Origin: Octopus vulgaris
Taxonomy: Eukaryota
Assembly: GCA_951406725.2 (NCBI GenBank)
Contig: OX597817.1
Coordinates: 137,578,001 to 137,642,000 of the forward strand
Direction of reading: 5' to 3'
DNA length: 64,000 nucleotides
The translations under genes were made by a program, and so were the position numbers. Position 1 is the stretch's first letter. Each line of letters starts with the position of its first letter. The notes below the pieces were generated by a model. It saw nothing but the letters and a program-made list of their open reading frames with translations. It ran no database searches and was not told where the DNA came from. Shown here piece after piece: positions 1 to 12,389 of the stretch.

Positions 1-654
1 GACAGACAGAGACAGAGATCTCTAGTGAACCGAGCCTCCTCGAATTCTGCGGTCAACAAAGGGGCAATGTATCCCCCACGATGGGATGGATCTATCCAGT
101 CAATTGTGATTCGATGAAATCATAAACAAAGATTTAAATATTTTACCAAAATAGAGAAGACATCACTTTGAGTGAATTTGAACCCAAGACCTATGAGGTG
201 GTAGTCTCTTGGACCATTTTTTCTCTCATACCTATTTTGGCGATACTGATTAAAACCATTATTCTTAGAGTTCCTAATTGGTTAGTTAACTTGTCCCTGT
301 ATCCTTAATTACTCTACATTCCTGTCCATTTGATTTCATTAATAATTACTCCTCCGATACACATTAGCACATTTAAGCAATAATTAAATTCTTCCTTCAT
401 TTCATTCCGTCCTATTATTCTCAATTTATTAACTCAACTACTGATTGTCTCATTAAATCCATTCAGGTTTCCAGTCCTTCATTGTGTTTCCCAGGTTAAC
501 TCTTTAACTATTGACTCCCTTCTGTTCTGATATCTACTGAATTGAAGTGATAATGACGGAGTTCTCATACAGACTGATTAACGATAACATAGAAATTAAT
601 CGACCAATTAGGAGCTCTAAGAATTAGGCATCTAATTAATATTGGCTTCAAGTT

Positions 655-825
655 TTGGCAAAGGGCCAGCAATTTCGGGGAGTTGAGTCGATTACATCGA
701 CCTCAGTACTAAACTGGTACTTATTGTATCGACCCCAAAAGGATGAAAAGCAAAGTCGACCCCGGCGAAATTTGAACTCAGAACGTAAGGACGGAATACC
801 AACGATTTTACCAGCTCACCGCCTT
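655..825 (-). mobile_element. tRNA-derived SINE, local family A (diverged copy)
   Basis: Reverse complement has a B-box-like GAGTTCAAATT followed by GTCGACTTTGCTTTTCATCCTTTTGGGGTCGATACAATAAGTACCAG, shared with about 10 other copies in the window. Confidence 0.85.
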
Positions 826-1134
826 ATAGGTATAAGAGGCAAAATGGCCTAAAAGATAATGTAGCGACTACCAACTTGTATATCTTGAAGCTGGTTTTGT
901 CAGCGCTTGGGTTCAAATTCACTCAAAGTGATGTCTTCTCTATTTTGGTAAATATAGTTAACCCTACAAACCTAATTTCATCTAACCAATAACTGGTTTA
1001 GTGGATCCCATCGTAGGAGATGTATGGGGTCTACACTGACCTTTGTCTACTTGGCGACTCAGTTGCCTTAGCTCAATATTATTTAAAGATTTCCGGTAAG
1101 GGAGGATCTGGAGTCTCAAGAATTCCAATCCTGT

Positions 1135-1252
1135 ATTCTGCAACAGTTCTTCGCAGAGTTCTTAAGACATGCGTCTGCTGGCTGTGGACAGCTGACACTT
1201 TCCACCATACTCAGTAAAATAAGTCTAGGGTTTTAATCAGATAATGATAAGG
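1135..1252 (+). mobile_element. 3' end fragment of R4/Dong-like LINE followed by (TAA)n
   Basis: GTCTGCTGGCTGTGGACAGCTGACACTTTCCACCATACTCAGTAAAATAAG matches the 3' UTR of the RLE LINE at 58232-58283; (TAA)n follows at 1253-1362. Confidence 0.75.
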
Positions 1253-1346
<94 letters not shown>

Positions 1347-1592
1347 CAACAATAATAATAATGAATCCACACGAGGAAAAATTGACTACACAATGCTCAA
1401 TACTGGTGTAGAGTAATACATATACACGCGCACATGCACATAGGTGCAGGCGTGGATGTGTGGTAAGACGCTTGCTTGCTTCTCAATCTCATGATTTCGT
1501 GGCACCTTGGGCAAGTGTTTTTGCTACAACCTCGATTCGGCCAAAGCCTTGTGAGTGGATTTGGTAGACGGAAAGGGAAAGAAGCCCGTCGT

Positions 1593-1659
<67 letters not shown>

Positions 1660-1664
<5 letters not shown>

Positions 1665-1898
1665 AGAAATGAGGTACTCAGAAATTCGGATGGTTTTATA
1701 TTTACAGATATTTATTTGTATATTACATGTTTTTATACATCCAATTTGAAAAGCCCACTAGAATGGGCGAAAGCGCTAATATATGATATATGTTATATGA
1801 TGTGTAAAAACATGTAATATACAAATAAATATCTGTAAATATAAAACCATCCGAATTTCCTCTAATATAAAATACCTGTACATCATCTCCAAACCTTC

Positions 1899-1900
<2 letters not shown>
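1660..1900 (+). mobile_element. Penelope-like pLTR fragment with inverted duplication and HHR-like motif
   Basis: 61-bp inverted repeat 1681-1741/1799-1859 around an HHR-like core; flanked by (TA)n and (CA)n(TA)n. Confidence 0.6.
1743..1782 (+). ncRNA. minimal type I hammerhead-like motif, U3-A8 variant
   Basis: TTGAAAA-GCCCA ctagaa TGGGC-GAAA GCGC TA; palindromic helix III AGCGCT, CUA site; helix I only 2 bp. Confidence 0.5.
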
Positions 1901-1977
<77 letters not shown>

Positions 1978-2238
1978 TATATCTAAGTGTGTGTGTCTCC
2001 CATCACCGCTTGACAGCCGGTGTTAGTGTATTCAGGTCTCCGTAACTTAAGAGTTCGGTAAAAGGGACCGATAGAAGAAGTACCAGGCTTTAAAAATTAA
2101 GTCCTGGGGGCGATTTGTTCGACTAAAACCTTTCAAGGTGGTGCCCATAGCATGGCCGCAGTCAAATGAATGAAACAAGCTAACGATAAAAGATACACAC
2201 ACACACACAAACACACACACACACGCGCGCACGCACAC

Positions 2239-2290
<52 letters not shown>

Positions 2291-3345
2291 ATTTCATATG
2301 TAAAAACCGGAAGACATCGAGGTTTGCACATCTTTTTCTTCGCTGTTCGGTTGATATCAGACGACCAGAGATGTTGAAGCTGCGACATTGCTCCACACAC
2401 TTAATACCAGAAGATAATATTTATTACCATTATCCTCGTTTAAAAGTGGATTTTATTGCATTAGAACACCGAATACTGCGATAGTCACCATGAGAGAACC
2501 TCTCAAACGGTTTTGTGGGGCTTATAAGCACTCTTGTTTACATATGCTTTAATGAATTACAGAACCAGTTTTATCATGGTAACTATCGCAGTATTTTGTG
2601 TTCTCGCACGACATCCAATTTTAAGCGGTGACATATATACATACCTACAGTACATAGATACATGCAAATATACATTCATTCACACATACTCACACACATA
2701 TGCATGGATATCTGTAAGTATGTACGCAAAGTATTGAGCTAGAAATGACTTCCCCTACACCAACCCATCAAGCAATCAATCTACTTTGTTGTTAGACCCA
2801 AAGAACGATTGAAATAAATTAAATATTTTACAAGTCTTCAAGACTAGCAATTATCTGCGCTGTCTTGAAAAGCTGATATATGTGAACCAGCAATCAGGGA
2901 GGTCTTTTTGAGAATTAATAAACAGCGACCTAGCTTCATAATAATGAGACCTAATACCTATTTACCTAACAACCTAATTATTATTTATTCCATCGAATTC
3001 CCTACCCACTAACACTTTTAAAGCAAATTGCTATTAACATATCTATTCTCACAGTTTAACAGCAGTTCCCCACCATACACATACACACATACATAGACAC
3101 ATACATAAGCATAATACGCCCGCTCTATCTTCAATTCATTTCATGTTACGCCCCTCTGGTTTCACCCATTCACTCATCAATTTTCATCTTCCAATCTGCC
3201 CTTTTCTCCGTAAAAGACTGGAAGACAAAAAGTCTCTTTTATCCTTCAAGAATAAAACTGTCTTCTACACAAAAACTCAATTTCAATAGTACATTTCTTC
3301 TATACAAAAATCCCGTTCATAAAAGTACAGAGAGGCATTCATATG

Positions 3346-3384
3346 CACATACATACATACATACATACATACATACATACATAC

Positions 3385-3415
<31 letters not shown>

Positions 3416-3686
3416 CATACATGCATACATGCATGCATGTATGTGTATATATAACGTATGCAGATGTATGTACACACATATATACAGAAAGATATAAGTA
3501 TACATATATATATATTAATCTGTATGTATTTATGTGTTTATACAGTTTATGTGTGTTTAAATAAATATACATGTTCCTGCATAGATATATACGTGCATAC
3601 TCATGCATACATGCACACACGCATACATACATACATACATACATACATACATACATACATACATACATACATACATACATACATAC
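3346..3686. repeat. (TACA)n compound microsatellite
   Basis: Two pure (TACA)n runs with a degenerate CA/TA spacer. Confidence 0.95.
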
Positions 3687-4448
3687 GTAAGTGAATGGAT
3701 CCCCATCAACTTCCACGACGCTGTCCTGAATTAGCGTAAAACTGCCTGAGTATTCCACAGAGATGTATACCATTAATAATAGTAATTCCAGAGTGTATGA
3801 CACGGTCACACACCCTTAATTACTGCTACAATTCATTCAGTGGTTTTATCTCCAGTTTCCACCAGACGGACGAATCGTAGTCGTCTAATGGTGTATATTT
3901 AAGGAGGTACCATGAGGTATCAGGATTGACCCTCCGTTCCCTGCGCTATTTTGATCATCAGAATGCCCACAATTCTCGTGCCTCCCCATCTCACAAAACG
4001 CGGAGTTACTACTTTTAATGGTGATGGCCTAATTATGTGTACTTTGTCCTCGGTTCATGATTACAGGTCTCACCACCACCCCACACGCATACAGAAATAT
4101 GCATTCACTTCCAGGTATCTCAGCTTATTTTCCATCCCAAAACAAGATGACTGTTCTCTAATTCGTTTTAGTTGGTTTCAGGTGTAGAGAGGTTTGAAAC
4201 CAAGTCATTCGAAGAAATAGCTCACAATCGTTGGCTCGCACACACACACCCACACAGAAGGAGAGAGAAAAGAAAAACCAACGGGAATCGAACTACGTGT
4301 CTATTCGTATAATGTGACCGTTCATGCGTGTGCGTGTAGGTGTGTATGAATGTATGTATACACATATATATGTATATATATATATATGTGTGTGTGTGTT
4401 TGTGTATGTATATATATATATATATAAACCCGCACATATGTGTGAGTG

Positions 4449-4526
4449 GAGAGAGAGAGAGAGAGAGAGAGAGTGAGAGAGAGAGTGAGAGAGAGAGATA
4501 GAGAGAGAGAGAGAGAATGAGAGAGA

Positions 4527-4564
<38 letters not shown>
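4449..4564. repeat. (GA)n microsatellite
   Basis: Read directly from the sequence. Confidence 0.95.
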
Positions 4565-4567
<3 letters not shown>

Positions 4568-4714
4568 ACATACCTACGTACTTACCTACAATCGAATACA
4601 TATAGGAACACATTCAAACATACATACACCCGTAGATACGCATACACAGAACTACATACTAACACACACACACACACACACATAAACACACACACATGCA
4701 CAGACATATATATT

Positions 4715-4770
<56 letters not shown>

Positions 4771-4873
4771 TGCAGACATTTCATTACAAATTGATGGTTT
4801 CCAGCAGTTAGCACACCCGATTTTTGATTGTATTCAATTTCAATGAAATTTCAATTAAAAAAAATCGACTGAA

Positions 4874-4955
<82 letters not shown>

Positions 4956-5080
4956 AATAAATAAGGAAATAAGAAAATAAAGACAACAAAGAGAAAGAAA
5001 GAACCCATCCCTGAATGAAGGAATGAATGAATGAATGAAACATTATTTGAATAGAACTAAAGTTACTGCTGCTGCTGGTA

Positions 5081-5089
5081 ATGATGATG

Positions 5090-5159
<70 letters not shown>

Positions 5160-5227
5160 TAATAATAATAATAATAAAAATAATAATAAAAATAGTAAAA
5201 ATAATAATAATGATAATAATAATAAAA

Positions 5228-5297
<70 letters not shown>

Positions 5298-5365
5298 CAA
5301 TAAAAATAATAATAATGATAATAATAAAAAAAAATTAAAATAATAATAATAATAATAATAATAAT
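5081..5365. repeat. (AAT)n microsatellite
   Basis: Read directly from the sequence. Confidence 0.95.
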
Positions 5366-5835
5366 ATTGATGGAGTTTGATATGAGTGGAAAGGAGAGAA
5401 AACTGGAATGGCTTTCGTTGTCAGCTGAATAAAGCGAATGTTTTATTTAATTTTTTTTTTTTTTTCAACAAAATGATAACATTGAAGGTTGTCTTTCGTG
5501 TTGAAGTGGTGAGGCTGATGGGGCCGGGGCGCTACTATCGCGCCAATAAAACAACATTTTAACAGAATGGAAACAGGTGCGCGTGGATATAGGCGATAGT
5601 GCAGCAGAAGTAACGACTGCAGTAACAACAACAACAACAACAACGTTGGGGGTGGATTCAGAGAGGGAGGAGTTTATATGTGGCTTGTTTTTTTTTTGTT
5701 TTTTCCTTGTTGTTGTATTATATATATATATGTGTGTGATGTACATACATGTTTGTATGTAAGCTTATATGTCGATAGGTATATTTTATATGTGCATCTG
5801 TCTGTGTGTCAGTGTGTGACTATGTATTTTAAAGT

Positions 5836-5906
<71 letters not shown>

Positions 5907-6022
5907 CATTTATATATTTATTTGTTTCCTTTTAGTTTCGTTGTTTGTTTGTGAAAAGACAGTTATGCGCTATAACAGATATCCTCGATTACTTTGAAGA
6001 CCGTACGGAAAACAATAACAAC

Positions 6023-6099
<77 letters not shown>

Positions 6100-6101
<2 letters not shown>

Positions 6102-6238
6102 CCAAAATTTGGTGGGTCTAGTGGGGTCGATCTATGTACTCAACTGATAATTATTTTATCGACCCAGAAAGAATGAAAGGCAAACTCGCCCTCGGCAGGA
6201 TTTGAACTCAGAAAGTAAAGACGGTCGAACTACCGCTA
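6100..6238 (-). mobile_element. SINE family A copy
   Basis: TTTATCGACCCAGAAAGAATGAAAGGCAAACTCGCCCTCGGCAGGATTTGAACTCAGAA; abuts (GTA)n. Confidence 0.8.
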
Positions 6239-6644
6239 TTCATTTTGTACGATGAGTGAATGTTTCTGCTGGCTCGCTGTAAGTAATATTACTAATAACA
6301 AAAGAGCGATTTTATGAACCATCAAATGTTCACAAGAAAAACATTGAGGAAGGAACAGGACGACACAATGCGAGAGTATTTGAAGGAGCGAATAAAACGA
6401 AGAAGAGTATAGATAAGTTTCGAAAAAGGAAAAATTACTTCCGAGGGCAATTCGTGGAAACCTCACAAAAACTAAGGTCACACTGACATTTAAGGCAAGT
6501 GCTTTCTCGCTGTTATCCTCCCTCAATTAACGGGCGCATGTCAAGAGTAGTTCCGTTCACTCGAACTACAGGTTATATGAGAGTTTATATAAGTTAAAGG
6601 AAAAAAGATGAAGGAAAGAGATGAAATAAAAAAGTATACATAAT

Positions 6645-6820
6645 ACTTTCTCTCTCTGTTTATTTCTGTGTTCCTTTCTGTCGAAGAGCGTAGGCTCGAA
6701 ACGTTAAAGACGTTTTCACTTCCCGAGCTTTCACCTAATACATCTGTTTGTTGTTTACACATCCGCCTTCGTCTTTATTTTATTTCATTATTATTTTTTT
6801 TTTTTTGTAAATTCTCACCA
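6645..6820 (+). mobile_element. short HHR-bearing Penelope pLTR-like unit (family H1)
   Basis: Homologous to 9899-10101(-) and 53673-53857(+); carries CTTT-CTGTCGA-A-GAGC gtag GCTC-GAAAC GTT-AAAG at 6674-6709. Confidence 0.65.
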
Positions 6821-6849
6821 TAATGTACAACATATAGACCAAATATACA

Positions 6850-7244
6850 TCTTTATATATAAAAGTGAAGTTGTGTGTCTGTCTCCTACGATTTAGATTC
6901 CTAACTACTCCCACATTTTGCGGTGCAGTTTAACCAAAACCGGGTATCTTTAGTCGTGATTCATATCGAGCCCTTCTGGCTATTAGCGCGCGTCTACGAT
7001 GAGTCTACGATTTTTAAAATAATTTAACATCATTTTTTCCATTTTAATGCATTTTTTTCGCTATTATATAAGGGAAGTAATTCCCTAAAAATGTCTACGA
7101 TGTGTCAACGATTTAAAAAAAATTTACCATCATTTTTTTCCATTTTTAATGCATTTTTTTGCTATTTTTTGGCTATAACTCTCTAAAAATGCTTATATAG
7201 TTATTTCCCTTACAAACCCGAGCAACGCCGGGCGATACTGCTAG
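6850..7244 (+). mobile_element. non-autonomous Helitron (about 395 bp)
   Basis: Starts A|TC(TTTATATATAAAAG) and ends CTAG|T, with GC-rich hairpin CCCGAGC-aac-GCCGGG (7217-7232) just upstream of CTAG; no TSD; internal imperfect duplication about 7003-7190. Confidence 0.85.
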
Positions 7245-7289
7245 TAGTTTATAAAATAAGTGATGCAGTCCTGATAGGAAAGATCTTTC

Positions 7290-7634
7290 AACTAGCATCA
7301 ATCAAGAACCGCACAGATTTGAGATCAACACCAACTTTGTAAATTTTGCTCGACTGCACTCCTCCAATCTCACGACACATTCCATGTGCACTTATATTAA
7401 CCTTAACCATTTTTGCCATAGACAAGAGAAATTCGTTGAAGTATTGCCTCACTTTCCTTTCTAAGTGTAACTTGAAAACGTCGATGAGGACTTGACCAAA
7501 AACAAAAGTGTCTTTTCTCAACCCTTTAAGGGTACACGTGTCTGCGGAGCGCTCTGTCACTTGCACGTTAATTTCACGAGCAGGCTCTTCCGTTGATCGG
7601 ATCAACTGGAACTCTCGTAACCGATGGAATGCCA

Positions 7635-7637
<3 letters not shown>
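7290..7637 (+). mobile_element. degenerate LINE 3' end sharing its tail with SINE family C
   Basis: 7526-7637 matches the 3' tail of the SINE at 7686-8071; the upstream sequence is non-SINE and only weakly resembles a decayed CR1/Jockey-type ORF2 C-terminus. Confidence 0.4.
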
Positions 7638-7685
<48 letters not shown>

Positions 7686-7686
<1 letters not shown>

Positions 7687-8068
7687 TGGAAGCACTCCGT
7701 CGGTTACAACGACGAGGGTTCCGGTTGATCCGAATCAACGGAACAGCCTGCTCGTGAAATTAACGTGTAAGTGGCTGAGCACTCCACAGACACGTGTACC
7801 CTTAACGTAGTTCTCGGGGATATACAGCGTGACACAGAGAGTGACAAGGCCGGCCCTTTGAAATACAGGTACAACAGAAACAGGAAGTAAGAGTGAGAGA
7901 AAGTTGTGGTGAAAGAGTACAGCAGGGATCACCACCATTCCCTGCCGGAGCCTCGTGAAGCTTTAGGTGTTTTCGCTCAATAAACACTCACAACGCCCGG
8001 TCTGGGAATCGAAACCGCGATCCTACGACCGCGAGTCCGTTGCCCTAACCACTGGGCCATTGCGCCTC

Positions 8069-8071
<3 letters not shown>
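7686..8071 (-). mobile_element. full-length tRNA-derived SINE, local family C (possibly OR-type, tRNA-Arg-like head)
   Basis: Minus strand GGCGCAATGGCCCAGTGGTTAGGGCAACGGACTCGCGGTCGTAGGATCGCGGTTTCGATTCC with A and B boxes; flanked by (TA)n on both sides. Confidence 0.85.
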
Positions 8072-8154
<83 letters not shown>

Positions 8155-8589
8155 TGTGTGTGTATGTGTGTGTGTGTCCGTGTGAGTGTGAATGTGTGTA
8201 TATGTGTGTGTGTATACATACATATATTTTTATATTTCCAGATTTAAATCACTATTTAATCATGTATTCTTCCGCTGCCTCCTTCACTCTCCCCTCCTCT
8301 CTTCCCCTCCCTCCTCCTCACCATAATCATCATTATCATTATCAGGTACCCTTTTAATACCAACCGGCCGGAAACCGAACCCTGGTTCTATGATGGAATC
8401 CTTCTGTTTTAAAGTGATCCCAATTAAAACCTTATTCCATCAAAATCTCGCCTTAATCCAGCTTCCAAACACGTTCCAAATTAATAAGGGACAAAGTAAG
8501 TTTACCAAATTCTTCGTTTTCAAAGTAAATTGAAACAAAAACAGTGGATTTCAACAGAAATAGGGTTTTAAAAAAAGGGGGCAACAATA

Positions 8590-8957
8590 GTGGCGATGAG
8601 GATGATGATGATGATGACGATGATGACAACGACGCGAAGGATGATGGTGATGATGCTGCTGATGATGATGAAGATGATGATGATGATGATGATGATGATG
8701 ACAACGACGAGAATGATGTTCGTGATGATGATGATGATGATGATAATGATGATGACAATGATGAGGATGATGATAATGACGATGATGATGATGATTATGC
8801 AAATGGTGATGATGATGATGATGATGATTATGCCGATGATGATATTTATGGGGATGGTGATAATGATTGGTGGTGGTGATGATGATTACGATGATGATGA
8901 TGATAATAACGATGATGATGATGTTGATTATGATGATGAATATGATGATGATGATGT

Positions 8958-9001
<44 letters not shown>

Positions 9002-9055
9002 GTGGTGGTGTTGGTAGTAGAGGTGAGGATGATGATGATGATGATGATGATGATA
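8590..9055. repeat. degenerate (GAT)n trinucleotide tract
   Basis: Read directly; explains the poly-D/M/H ORFs. Confidence 0.95.
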
Positions 9056-9481
9056 GCGAGAAGCAGGAAAAGAGCAAATAAAAGCAATGGCTGCTCCTAT
9101 GTTTTCCTGCTGTGAATAACTGCCTGCCTGTCTGCCTGCCTGTTTCCCTCCTCGTCTGTTTGTCTGTCTGTCTGTCTCTCTGCCTGCTTGTCTGAAGAAT
9201 TGCTGGGAATATGGCAGGGGTGAATAGCATTAACTATGCTGGAACTATCGATTAACACTGATTCTATGAATTTTTATAAGGCTTTCCCTCCCCCCTCTCT
9301 CTCATAGACACACACACACACACACTTCCCTAAATTACTTTTTAAAAACATGTTCAGCCTTCGGATATAATTAAAGTTTATCTAAGTGGCAGACGGAGGA
9401 AGGTTAAAGGATCTCAAGCATTGACAACATTTACCTACACCCAGACACACATTCATACACACATACCTGCGCGTGTGTGTG

Positions 9482-9546
<65 letters not shown>

Positions 9547-9779
9547 ATCTATATATGTATGATTCATAATATATGCATAAATACATATATAAGCATGTAT
9601 ATATTATTGTATGCTTAGACATAGGTGTGCGTATGTGTGTATGCATGTATGTATATGTAAAGTAAATGGATACATACGTATACATATATACATACATACA
9701 TGTGTGTGTGTACAAGATTGGTAGAATCATCAGGATAATGTATTAATGAATATGATCTCCCCACACACTTCATACATGC

Positions 9780-9883
<104 letters not shown>

Positions 9884-9898
9884 GTATGTATATATATA

Positions 9899-10101
9899 GG
9901 GAGAGTTCACGAAAAAAAACAAGAAAAGACGAAGACAGGTGGTGTACAAAACAAACAGATGTATTAGTATAGCGCTCAGGAATAGAAAAAGTCTTTTACG
10001 TTTTGAGCCTACGCTCTTCTACAGAAAGGGACACAGAAAAAACAAGGAGAGAAACAAGGAGAGAAAAAAATGTGTCTGGTGACTACCGATCTATCATGGT
10101 G
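9899..10101 (-). mobile_element. HHR-bearing unit family H1 inserted in (TA)n
   Basis: Minus strand CTTT-CTGTAGA-A-GAGC gtag GCTC-AAAAC GTA-AAAG (9993-10028, G12 mutated); (TA)n on both sides. Confidence 0.65.
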
Positions 10102-10157
<56 letters not shown>

Positions 10158-10499
10158 GTATATATATAAACAATTATTTTCTGTCCTCCGGTGATGCTGG
10201 ACTTATAGTGACATACAGTGTATGACATGTATAACATATATACTACTGTTGCCTGAATGAAATAACCAATAAGAATGAGGAACACGGTGACCGGAAGTTG
10301 TTAAGACTGTAGGTCATATATCATAGGCTCTTGTGCAAGACTTCTCCAAGGAATGAACCGCCACAAGTCTGCGACGATCTGCAAAGGTTTCTTACCACGT
10401 GACTCTATGTTCCTTTTGTTTTTTTTACTTTATTATTTCTATTTCTTACTCTTGCTTCCTTGTCATCCCCAACATCAGCATCCTTTCATTAGCTCCTCC

Positions 10500-10893
10500 A
10501 CCACTACCATCATCACTACCACCACAATCAACTCCACCCCCACCCCCACCACCATCATCATCATCATCATCATCACCATCATCATCATCTAGCCATTACC
10601 GTCATCTAATTATTATCATCAGCAGCAACATCACCATCATCATTACCACAATAATTACCAGCATCATCATCATCACTGTAATCAACATCACAGCCATCTT
10701 CCTTCTCCTCATCATCATCGTCATTATCATCATCGTCGTCGTCGTCGTCATCTTCATCCTCATCACCGTCATCGTCATCATCATCGTCATCATCGTCATC
10801 ATCATCATCATCATTATCATCATCATCATTATCATCATCATCATGCTTATCATCATCATCATCATCATGCTTATTATCATCATCATCATGCTT

Positions 10894-10928
<35 letters not shown>

Positions 10929-10934
10929 TATTAT

Positions 10935-10965
<31 letters not shown>

Positions 10966-10975
10966 GCCGTCACCA
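10500..10975. repeat. degenerate (CAT/CAC)n tract
   Basis: Read directly from the sequence. Confidence 0.9.
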
Positions 10976-11558
10976 TCCTCTCCTATCTCTTACATCATTG
11001 CCGCTGTTTTATTTCCCCTCAAAGATCCCTCTGCTCTCCTTTATATTGATTCATACCGCAGCAAGTGCACTTCCGCCACGTCACATCCTTTCCATTCTCT
11101 TCCCACCTACCATCCCTACCCCAACCCCCACCTCCACTACAAAATGTTCTCTTCCCATTTGATGTTCGCTTCTACAAGCGAAACTCATCAATCTTATGTA
11201 TAATTTCGTAATCAACCATGAATTTTAAGGGTTCCTTCTTAATTATATCTAATGGATTGTAAGGGGTGAGGCAGGAATTATAATAAAGGTGCAGCCTGAT
11301 GCAGTGTGCTGTCAGGAGATGTATATATCTATATAAAATACATGCACTGCACCATATATATTCTGTTGCAACGGCAACTGTAGTCTGATAGAGCTGTCAG
11401 TTTGTATTAAAATGTTGCAATATGGAAGTGGGAGATAAACCGTTGTAGCGATGTGGTTAGGGAAGCAGGAATGCATTGTTTGGGTAGAGAGATGTAGGTT
11501 ACTATCGCATAAACATAATACTGTACCGTAGACACACACACACACACACACAAACACA

Positions 11559-11640
<82 letters not shown>

Positions 11641-11647
11641 GCAACAA

Positions 11648-11832
11648 CAACCCTTACTACTTAAGGCACAAGGCCTGAAATTTGGTGGGGAAAGGAGTAG
11701 TCGATTTACCGGTACTTAATTTATCGACTCCAAAAGGATGAAAGGCAAAGTCAACCTCGACAGAATTTGAACTCAGAACGTAAAGATGGACGAAATTCCA
11801 CTAAGCATTTCGCTCGGCCTGCTAACCATTCT
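11648..11832 (-). mobile_element. SINE family A copy with internal deletion
   Basis: GGATGAAAGGCAAAGTCAACCTCGACAGAATTTGAACTCAGAACGTAAAG. Confidence 0.85.
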
Positions 11833-11833
11833 G

Positions 11834-11912
<79 letters not shown>

Positions 11913-12100
11913 AGGAGGAGGAAGAAGAAGAAGAAGAAGAAGAAGAAGAAGAAGAAGAAGAAGAAGAAGAAGAAGAAGAAGAAGAAAAAGAAGGGAGACG
12001 TTTAACATGTGAGAGCGATAAAACACTGCTCCGAAATCTGTCCAAAAGCATCGGGTATAGAGACATCAAATGGAGCCTAAAATAACTGGCAAAGGATTGG

Positions 12101-12388
12101 ACTATATCCGAGTAAGTAATACTCATTGAAATTTATTTGTATTTTCCGATTGAAATAATATATTTTAACTGTGTGTCATCTCCAGCACTCGCATAACACG
12201 TGTAAACACGCTCGCCACACTGACAAAATGTTGGATTATACCCGAGCAAGTAATACTCATTAAAAGTGTTAGAATATATCCGTGTAAGAAATACTAAAAT
12301 TTATTTCTATTTTCCAAATGAAATGATGTATTTTAATTGTGCATCATCTCCACTGCTCGCACAACACATGTAAATACACTCGCCACAT
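12101..12388. repeat. imperfect tandem duplication (about 175-bp period)
   Basis: TATCCG.GTAAG..ATACT...AAATTTATTT...TCATCTCCA...CTCGCCACA occurs at about 12105-12230 and 12277-12387. Confidence 0.7.
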
Positions 12389-12389
12389 T

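Larger units (their letters stand above)
1442..2190 (+). mobile_element. tRNA/CORE-like SINE, local family B, split by a nested insertion in its internal microsatellite
   Basis: 5' half 1442-1592 (GGCACCTTGGGCAAGTG...GAAAGAAGCCCGTCG) and 3' half about 1988-2190 (CGCTTGACAGCCG...CATGGCCGCAGTCAAATGAATGAAACAAG), colinear with the intact copy at 55947-56380. Confidence 0.85.

Noticed and set aside
3835-3965. Minus-strand CTGATGA...GAAACTGGAG as a long HHR
   Set aside because: No convincing helix I or II and no clean NUH
7990-8071. tRNA gene
   Set aside because: The tRNA-like head continues into a SINE body and tail, and no full cloverleaf acceptor stem is present
8345-8582. Possible MITE with ACCCTTTT...AAAAGGG ends
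   Set aside because: The termini are too degenerate to support the call
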